Source of the DNA: Gammaproteobacteria bacterium
Lineage (GTDB): Bacteria > Pseudomonadota > Gammaproteobacteria > SURF-13
DNA: 35,223 bases
Direction of reading: 5' to 3'
Assembly: GCA_039914705.1 (NCBI GenBank)
Contig: JBDSOT010000086.1
Location: 1-35,223, forward strand
Part shown: piece by piece, positions 1-9,000 of the stretch
Numbering within the stretch: the first letter of the stretch is position 1
How the letters are laid out: every line of letters begins with the position of its first letter
Translations under genes and position numbers: made by a program
Notes under the pieces: generated by a model
The model's database searches: none
What the model saw: only the letters and a program-made list of their open reading frames with translations
Told to the model about the DNA's origin: nothing

Positions 1-941
1 AGCTTGTCCTTGGCATGATTAAGTGCGTCCTTGCTGCGTTCAATCTCGCCGCGCACGCTGTAAAAACGTTCCTGCACCGCATTAAAAATTTGATTGGCAT
101 CTACCTGTTGCGCACGCTGTTTTTCCAGCGCGGCCTCGATCCTGCGTTGCTCGGCAATCTTCGCCTCCAAGGCAATTTCCTGCTCGCGTATACGTTTACC
201 CTCTGCATCAAGCTCGCTGACCAGGGCTTGCCACCGCAAGGCGAGCAGTTCCGCCTTGAGTTGACGTTCCTGCTGTTTCAAGAGCTTGTATTTTGCCGCC
301 ATATTGGCCTGGCGCTGTAGGCGCTCGAGCTGCTTGTCGAGTTCGTCGCGCTTGATGTTGAACAGATCGAGATTCTCGCGCGTATGCCTCATGCGATTTT
401 CCGTCTCGCGGCGGCGCTCTTTATATTTCGAGATGCCCGCCGCCTCTTCGAGGAAGATGCGCAGCTCGTCGGGCTTGGCCTCGATCAGGCGCGAGATCAT
501 GTTTTGCTCGATGATGGCGTAGCTGTGCGGGCCAAGTCCGGTGCCCAGAAAAATGTCGGTGATGTCCTTGCGGCGGCAGCGCGTGTTGTTCAGGAAATAG
601 TTCGATTGCCCGTCGCGACTCACATGACGCTTAATGGAGATTTCCGCGTATTCGGCGTATTGCCCGCCGAGGCTGCCGTCGCTATTGTCGAACACGAGTT
701 CGACGGAGGCTTGCGTCACCGGTTTGCGCACGCTGGAGCCATTGAAGATGACATCGGCCATCGACTCGCCGCGCAGGCTCTTGGCCGAACTCTCGCCCAT
801 CACCCAACGCACGGCGTCGATAACATTCGATTTGCCACAGCCATTCGGGCCGACGATACCGACCAGGTTGCTGGGCAGGTGGATGGTGGTAGGATCGACA
901 AAGGATTTAAATCCAGCCAGTTTGATCTTGCTGAGGCGCAT
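1..941 (-). CDS. smc: Chromosome segregation protein SMC, N-terminal part (runs off window)
   Basis: Manual minus-strand translation from ATG 941: [18 protein letters not shown]...[29 protein letters not shown] (Walker A), SYAIIEQ (Q-loop), [17 protein letters not shown], then coiled coil. Open to the window edge, so absent from the ORF track. Confidence 0.97.
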   Translation of the reverse strand, partial: MRLSKIKLAGFKSFVDPTTIHLPSNLVGIVGPNGCGKSNVIDAVRWVMGESSAKSLRGESMADVIFNGSSVRKPVTQASVELVFDNSDGSLGGQYAEYAEISIKRHVSRDGQSNYFLNNTRCRRKDITDIFLGTGLGPHSYAIIEQNMISRLIEAKPDELRIFLEEAAGISKYKERRRETENRMRHTRENLDLFNIKRDELDKQLERLQRQANMAAKYKLLKQQERQLKAELLALRWQALVSELDAEGKRIREQEIALEAKIAEQRRIEAALEKQRAQQVDANQIFNAVQERFYSVRGEIERSKDALNHAKDK

Positions 942-1002
942 CGTTACCCAGTGTTGTTGAAAGTTAGGTTATTATTGGCGAAATTAGCATAGAGAGCGAC
1001 AT

Positions 1003-1392
1003 ATGCCTACCCAGCCCAGCAAAGAACTCGAGACCTTCGTCAATGCCAATCCGGGCCGGGATTATACCATCCGCATGCGCGTGCCGGAGTTTACCTGCCT
1101 GTGCCCGAAGACCGGCCAGCCCGACTTTGCCACGATTCATATCGAATATGTGCCCAATTTGCGCTGCATCGAGTTGAAATCCCTAAAGTTATATATGTGG
1201 TCATACCGCAATGAGGGCAGCTTCCACGAGGCCGTGACCAACCGTATTTTAGATGACCTGGTGCAGGCATGTGAACCGCATTTTATGCGCGTGAGCGCCG
1301 AGTTTTACGTGCGCGGCGGGATTTATACCACGGTAATAGCAGAGCATCGCCATCCCGCCTGGGTCGCGCCCAGCCCTGTAGTTTTGCCTTAA
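1003..1392 (+). CDS. queF: NADPH-dependent 7-cyano-7-deazaguanine (preQ0) reductase, unimodular QueF
   Basis: [15 protein letters not shown] (catalytic Cys/Asp), QueF motif [15 protein letters not shown]; 129 aa. Confidence 0.95.
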   Translation: MPTQPSKELETFVNANPGRDYTIRMRVPEFTCLCPKTGQPDFATIHIEYVPNLRCIELKSLKLYMWSYRNEGSFHEAVTNRILDDLVQACEPHFMRVSAEFYVRGGIYTTVIAEHRHPAWVAPSPVVLP

Positions 1393-1411
1393 TAGTAAGT
1401 AATTTCTAATC

Positions 1412-2701
1412 ATTAACATCCCACCCAATGCCAAGCTCTACCTCGGTATCGACCTCGGCACCTCGGCCTGTCGCGCGATAGTCATTGATGCCCGCAAGGA
1501 AATACGCGCGCAGTCTTCCATCAGCTTACCCTCCCCCCTACGCTGCGGCATAGAAGTAGAGCAGGCTCCTGAGGTTTGGTGGCAAGCGGTGCGGGCCGCG
1601 CTGCGCGATTTATTCCGGAAAATCCCGGCTGAAAATGTTTGCGCCATAGCCATTGACGGCACATCGGGCACCCTATTATTAGCGGATGCCCTGGGCAATC
1701 CATTACGACCGGCGTTGATGTATAACGATGCGCGCGCACATTTAGAGGCCGCACGTATTGCCGCCATCGCCCCGCAAGGCAGTGCAGCGCATGGAGTGAG
1801 CGGCAGCCTGGCAAAATTGCTTTTTTTACAGGCACAAAATATTCCCCACGCCCATTACGCACTTAGCCAGGCCGACTGGATCAGCGCAAAATTCAGAGGG
1901 CGTTTTGGCGTAAGCGATGAGCATAATTGTTTGAAACTGGGCTACGATCCGATCACGGACTGCTGGCCGGATTGGCTTGATGCGTTAAATGTGCGCCGTG
2001 ATTTACTACCTCAAGTACTCCCCGCCGGTACGCCGATAGCAAAGGTGTGCGCCGGCAGCGTCGCAGAATTTGGATTTAATCCCGATGCGGTAGTCGTCGC
2101 AGGCACTACCGACAGCACGGCGGCAGTTCTCGCCACCGGTGCAAGTTTAACGGGCGAGGCTGTGACTTCTCTGGGTTCAACACTGGTGTTGAAGGTTATT
2201 TCAGAGCGGCCGATATTCGCACCACAGTATGGCGTGTACAGTCATAAGTTCGGTGACTTATGGCTGGCGGGCGGCGGATCGAATAGTGGCGGCGTGGTAT
2301 TACGTCAATATTTCAGTCCGCAACAACTGCTGGAAATGATGCCGCGCCTGCGGCCAGATCAACCCACCGGACTCGATTATTATCCACTCCCGGCGCACGG
2401 CGAGAGATTCCCGGTTAATGACCCGGAATTTATGCCCAGGTTAAGCCCTCGTCCGTCCGATGATGTGCAGTTTTTTCAAGCGATGCTGGAGGGCATGGCG
2501 CGCATTGAACAGCGCGGCTATGAATTATTAAAAAGTTTAGGCGCGCCTTATCCGATTTCGCTATGCACAACCGGCGGCGGCGCGGTAAACGCCGCGTGGA
2601 CAACAATACGCGCGCAATTAATCGGCGTAGCCATGATAACTCCTGACCAGCAAGATGCGGCTTACGGTGCGGCGCTACTCGCTAGCCGCGCGTTAGCATG
2701 A
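1412..2701 (+). CDS. FGGY-family carbohydrate kinase (D-ribulokinase/SePSK-AtXK1-like); start uncertain
   Basis: Frame is open from 1403 and includes LYLGIDLGTSACRA (from 1436), IDGTSGT, LMYND, GTTDS, TSLGSTLVLK, GGGSNSGG, GERFP, GGGA. The track start (1589) omits the phosphate-1 motif; start shown is a candidate ATT. Confidence 0.85.
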   Translation: MNIPPNAKLYLGIDLGTSACRAIVIDARKEIRAQSSISLPSPLRCGIEVEQAPEVWWQAVRAALRDLFRKIPAENVCAIAIDGTSGTLLLADALGNPLRPALMYNDARAHLEAARIAAIAPQGSAAHGVSGSLAKLLFLQAQNIPHAHYALSQADWISAKFRGRFGVSDEHNCLKLGYDPITDCWPDWLDALNVRRDLLPQVLPAGTPIAKVCAGSVAEFGFNPDAVVVAGTTDSTAAVLATGASLTGEAVTSLGSTLVLKVISERPIFAPQYGVYSHKFGDLWLAGGGSNSGGVVLRQYFSPQQLLEMMPRLRPDQPTGLDYYPLPAHGERFPVNDPEFMPRLSPRPSDDVQFFQAMLEGMARIEQRGYELLKSLGAPYPISLCTTGGGAVNAAWTTIRAQLIGVAMITPDQQDAAYGAALLASRALA

Positions 2702-3071
2702 CATGCGGCTTACGGATAAGCCCAAGGCCTTTGCGCGGCTGATTATTATAGTAAACTAACCCAAGCCTCCGCTAAGGCTTGTGCCACGCTGCCAAGTTTG
2801 CGAAACTCTAAGCCAGCTGTCAGCGCGCCGTTACCCTGCTGTGTATAACTGGCTCTGTTGCCATCCCGCGTCAAGAGACTTTACTAAAGGAATAGTGAAT
2901 CGTGCACCGTATCTATCCATATCCGTTGTGTCCTGAATGAAGTTTCAGCGCTGGAACAACGCAATAAGCCACACATCAAGCGAGATTCCGAGTGCAGCTA
3001 TTACCCGCTCGATGCAATCCTGCACCGGCTTTCCTACATACATCCGCCGCAGAACCATGGATATTTAAGTC

Positions 3072-6000
3072 ATGTTGTCAAACCTATTAAATTTTATGCG
3101 TCGTGTGAAGCCTTCGGCCAACCCCTTTAGCGAGTTCGAGGAACCGATACGCTTCGAGTTGTTCAGCGTGGAGCGTCTCGAACATCACGCGGAAAGCCTG
3201 GCAGCGGCCCAAACGGTAACTAAAAATCCGCGCAAGGGCATCAAAATTGCCCCTCGTGTGCAGGATAACGGCCGGGTATTACTCCAGGCCTACCGGGCAA
3301 TTACCAAGACCGCGCGTGAACAGCGCGCCATTACCCCGGCCGCCGAGTGGTTGATCGACAACTTCCCCATTGTCGAAGAACAACTGCGTGATATTCACGA
3401 CCATCTGCCACCGGAATTTTACAAAGAACTGCCCAAACTCGCGGACGGACATCTACGCGGTTATCCGCGCGTCTACGGTTTGGCCTGGGCCTTTGTGGCG
3501 CACACCGATAGCCGCTTCGACCCCGAATTGCTGATGCGTTTTGTGCGCGCTTATCAACGCGTGCAGATACTCACCATTGGAGAATTATGGGCGGTGACCA
3601 TTACCCTGCGCGGGGTAATGGTGGAAAACCTGCGCCGCCTGAGCGTGCGCATTGTCGGCTCGCAAATCGCGCGTGAGGCAGCCGATACACTGGCCGATGA
3701 ATTGCTCGGACTTGGCGCTCACCCGGCGCGGACTGCCGAGGAGGCACTGCGCGCGTACAACGGTCGTCCCTTGCAGTCCGCCTTCGCGGTGCAGCTGGTA
3801 CAACGACTGCGCCACCATACGACACCCGCCCTGCAATGGTTGAACGATAGGCTGGCCGCACAAGGTACCCACGCGGACGAGATCGTGGCCCTTGAGCACG
3901 CCAATCAAGCGGCCGCCAACCTGACAGTGCGTAATATCATTACCAGCATGCGCCTGATGTCGGCCTTCGATTGGCCGGGCTTCTTTGAGGAGGTTAGTTT
4001 GGTCGATGAAATCCTGCGCAGCGATGCCGGCTTCGTCGCCATGGATTTCATCACGCGCGATCGTTACCGGCATGCCGTTGAACAGCTTGCGCGCGGCTCC
4101 GGGCATACCGAGACAGCGATCGCTCACAGCGTAATCGCCAAGACCCAGGCGTTGCGGCAACAGCAGGCACAAGCTAACTCCGTCGATGAGCGCTTGCTCG
4201 ATCCTGGCTATTATCTGATCTCGCGCGGCCGGACGGCGTTCGAGAAAGAGACCGGTTTTCGCGTCTCACTAAAAAGCCGCCTGCAGCGTACCTATTTTGC
4301 GCACGCGGCCGGTGCCTATATCTACACAATCCTCCTTATCTCAACGGCCGTGCTCGCCCTGCCTTTATGGGCCAGCGTGCAGACCGGAATCCATCCCGCC
4401 GCGTTGCTGATGCTGGCTATACTCGGCTTCATTCCGGCCTCTGATATTGCCATTGCACTGTTCAACCGCTTAGTCACCCAGGCCATTGGCCCGCGTCATT
4501 TGCCGCGTCTTGAATTGATGGGCGGTGTGCCACCTGCCCTGCGCACCTTTGTGGTGGTGCCAACCCTGCTCATTAATGAAACTCAGATTGCCGAACAGCT
4601 CGAGCAGATAGAGGTTTATTACCTGTCCAATCCTGAGGGTGATGTGCATTTCGGTTTACTTTCCGACTGGACGGACGCCACGGCTGAAAGCATGCCATCG
4701 GATAGAGAACTATTGGAAATAGCCGATAGGGGAATGAAGGCACTTAATGCGCGCCACGGTTTGTTGGCTGACGGTTCCAAGCGGTTTTTTCTGTTCCATC
4801 GTAAACGCTTGTGGAACGGCAGCGAGCAATGCTGGATGGGCTGGGAACGTAAACGCGGCAAGCTGCATGAATTCAACCGCCTGTTACGCAATGCAGGGGT
4901 TACATCGTTCATCACCCTCGACGAACAACCGCCACAAGTACCCGACGCGGTGCGCTATGTTGTCACGCTGGACGCAGATACCAAACTGCCCATCGGCATA
5001 GTAAAGAGATTGGTCGGCACCCTGGCCCACCCATTAAACCGTCCGCGTTTCGACGCAGAACGGCAGCGCGTGGTCGAGGGTTATGGGGTATTGCAACCGC
5101 GTATTACCCCGACACTGCCCGCACGGCGCGACAGTACCATTTTCCAGCGCCTGTTTTCCGGGCCAGGCGGCATCGACCCTTATGCCTCCGCAGTGTCAGA
5201 CGTTTATCAGGATTTATTCGGCGAGGGCAGCTATACCGGCAAGGGTATCTACGACGTCGAGGTGTTCGAGGCTGCACTTGCCGGACGCGTGCCCGAGAAT
5301 GCCCTGCTCAGTCACGATCTGTTTGAAGGCACACTGGCGCGCTGCGGTTTTGTCAGCGACTTGGAGTTCTTCGAAGATTTTCCTTCGCACCTTGAGGTAG
5401 CCGCTTCGCGTATGCATCGCTGGGCGCGCGGCGACTGGCAATTGCTGCCCTGGATCTGCGGGCGCGCACGCAAGAGTATCGGCGCCATTGGGCGCTGGAA
5501 AATGCTCGATAATTTACGCCGCACATTATCTCCCGCCGCCATACTGATTACCCTTGCGGCAAGCTGGTCGCTGCCTGAGGCCCCGCATTGGGCCTGGCTG
5601 ACATTGGCGCTGGCAGCCATCGCCGTGCCTACCCTGATACCGCTGTTTAGCGCACTGCTTGCACCACGCCGTGACATATCTCTGACGCGTCACTTGCGCA
5701 GCCTGACCGACGATTTCATCCAGGCTTGCGGCCACAGTATGGTTTCTCTCACTCTACTGGCTTATCACGCGTGGCTGATGTTGGACGCCATGGTCCGAGC
5801 GCTGACACGCTTGCTTGTTACGCGCCGCAAATTGCTTGAATGGATTACCGCCGCGCAGGCCAAATCGAATGCCAGCCTTTCCGTAATGAATTTTTTCCAG
5901 CGCATGTCCGGTGCTATCGTGCTGGCCCTGGTCACTGGCGTGATGGTGTTCCTGTTCAATCCCCAGGAACTGTTCACGGCCGCGCCCTTTATTGTCTTGT

Positions 6001-9000
6001 GGACAATATCGCCCGCCTTTGCCTGGTATATCAGCCTGCCGCCCAAGCGGGGGCGTATTGAACCGCTGAGTCTTCAGGAGGTGCAGGTCTTGCGCCTGGG
6101 TGCGCGGCGTATCTGGCGCTTCTTCACTACCTTTGTATGCGCGGCGGACAATCATCTGCCGCCCGATAACTTTCAGGAAGACCCGAAACCCGTCATTGCA
6201 CACCGCAGCTCTCCGACTAATTTCGGACTTTATTTACTAGCGACGGTCAGTGCGCGTGATTTTGGCTGGCTCGGCCTGATTGAGACCGTTGAACGGCTGG
6301 AGGCCACCTTCAAGACCCTGCAAAATTTGCCGCGTCTGAAAGGACATTACTACAACTGGTATGACACGCGCGACCTGCGTCCACTCGACCCCGCCTACAT
6401 CTCTTCAGTGGACAGCGGCAATCTCGCCGGTCATCTGCTGGCACTCGCTCAGGCTTGCATGGAGTTGGCGCAACAGCCCCTGGATATTTCCACGTCAGGT
6501 ATCCGTGACAGCGTAGCGTTACTCCGCGAGGCAGTGACAGAACTGCACGATAACCGGCGTACACTGACCGTGAGCCTGGCTCAATTACAGGATGCTATCG
6601 CGACACTCGAACAGCTACTCGAACAAGGTCCTCGTGGCATAGTCGCGCAGACCCTGAACTGGAAATCGCTGGAAGCTGCCGCGCTAACCCTTACCGATAT
6701 CGCCCGTACCTTTGCCGGAGAGCGTGGCGAGGCATCCACCGACAGCGAGATATTAATCTGGTCGCTGCTGCTCCAAGCCGATATTAAAAGTCATGCGCGC
6801 GATGTACGAAGTTTGCTGCCGTGGGCCGATTATCTCTCCAGACTGCTTGATCACCCGGACACTCAAGTCGAAGAAAGGCAGCATTGGGAGGTCGTCGAAG
6901 ATCGCTTTAATACATCCGTCGCGCTCCGCGATATACCAGCGCTATGCGAGCCAATGATTCAGCATCTAAGCGCACACCAAGCCTCACCTACAGTCGCGCA
7001 TTTATCGTCCGAGGCTTATTGCCGCGACAGCGCCGCACTGACAGACGCCTTGCAACGCGCGGCAATAGCCTCCGCAGATCTGACGGCACGGCTCCATGCA
7101 ATCTCCGGCCAGGCACGCGCCCTATTCGATGAAATGGATTTCGGTTTTCTGTTCGACCCGGTGCGCAAACTATTCTCCATCGGCTACCGGGTCGCTGATA
7201 GTTGTCTTGACGCAAGTTACTACGACCTGCTCGCCTCGGAGGCGCGCCTCACCAGCTTTATTGCCATCGCCAAAGGCGACGTCCCCGCCGCGCACTGGTT
7301 CCGGCTCGGACGCGCCATGACCCCGGTAGACAAGGGTGCGGCGCTGGTGTCATGGTCGGGTTCGATGTTCGAATACCTGATGCCCTCACTGGTGATGTAC
7401 ACCCCGCACGACAGCCTGATCGGCCAGACTTGCCGGCTGGTCATCCAGCGCCAGATAGCCTATGGCCAGGAGCATAAGGTTCCGTGGGGCATATCGGAAT
7501 CGGCGTATAACGTCCGCGACTTTGAATTTACCTATCAATACTCCGATTTCGGGATCCCCGGCCTGGGCCTGAAGCGTGGTCTGGGCCAGGAACTGGTTGT
7601 TGCGCCTTACGCCACGGCCTTAGCCGCTATGTATGACCCAGGCGCGGCGGTAAAAAATTTCGAGCGTATCGAGACGCTAGGTGGACGCGGCAGATACGGT
7701 TTCTACGAGGCCCTGGATTTCACCCCCGCGCGGCTGCCCGAGGGTAGCGACGTAGTGGTGGTGCGTGCCTACATGGCCCACCATCAGGGCATGTCACTGG
7801 TAGCGCTCACCAATATTTTGCAACACGGTGCAATGCGCCGCCGCTTCCACAACGAACCACTGGTACTGGCTGCCGAACTGCTGTTGCAGGAACGCACACC
7901 GCGTGCCCTTGCCTTCACTGAGCCACGCACCGACCAGGATCACACCAGCCTGGTCAGAGAGGTGGTGCAGCCCGTCACCCGCCGCTATTTGACGCCGCAC
8001 CTGCCGCTGCCTGCAACGCAACTGCTCTCGAATGGACGTTATGCGGTTATGGTGACCAGCGCGGGTTCGGGTTATAGCCGCTGGAACGACCTTGCCGTCA
8101 CCCGCTGGCGTTCAGATGCCACGCGTGATGCATGGGGCAGTTATCTGTTTTTGCGTGACACCGGAAGCGGTAAAGTCTGGTCAGCCGGGTATCAGCCGAC
8201 CGCCGTCGAACCTGACCGTTATGAAGTCGTCTTCAGTGAAGATCGCGTACGCATTACCCGTCAGGACGCCGCTATCACCAGCGTTTTGGAGATTATTTTG
8301 TCGTCGGAAGATGACGCTGAGATTCGTCATCTATCGCTTACCAATAACGGCCCGCGCATGCGCGAAATAGAAATCACCTCATATGCCGAGATGGTACTCG
8401 CGCCCGCAGCGGCAGACCTCGCGCATCCGGCATTTTCCAACCTGTTCGTGGAGACCGAATATCTGCCTGAGGTGAATGCCCTGCTGATAACACGTCGTCC
8501 GCGCTCCGCCAGCGAGACACGTTTCTGGGCAGCTCACGTAATTGCGCCGGAAGGTGAAATACGCGGCGCGATTGAATATGAAACAGACCGTATGCGATTT
8601 CTGGGACGCGGACAAGGCATCCATTCCCCGGTCTCGGTAATGGATGGGCGTCCCTTATCGAACACCGCCGGGGCGGTACTCGATCCGATTGCCAGCTTGC
8701 GTGCACGCGTTCGCATCAAGGCGGGCGAAACCTTCCATATGGCCTTCTCCACCATGGTGGCCGCCTCGCGCGAGGATATAATCAACCTCGCCGAAAAATA
8801 TCACAGCCCGGCCATTTTCGAGCGCGCCTCGACCCTGGCCTGGACCCAGGCGCAGGTGCAGCTCCACTTTTTGGGCATTGAGCGTGATGAGGCGCAGGTC
8901 TATCAGCATCTGGCCAATCGCATTCTTTATTCTGACCCTTCCTTGCGCCCGGGCAGCGAAATATTAAGACGTAATACGCTGAGCATGGCGGGGCTATGGC

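Noticed and set aside
15-992. Plus-strand ORFs of 78-202 aa
   Set aside because: Antisense shadows of smc, which has all the family motifs on the minus strand.
942-1002. preQ1 riboswitch upstream of queF
   Set aside because: No preQ1-like stem-loop with an A-rich 3' tail in the 61-bp spacer.
2750-2840. c-di-GMP-I (GEMM) riboswitch-like words (AAGCCTCCG.CTAA ... GTTACC) upstream of cgs
   Set aside because: The GNRA-capped P2 stem and GACGCAAA junction are missing. An Infernal/Rfam scan would settle it.
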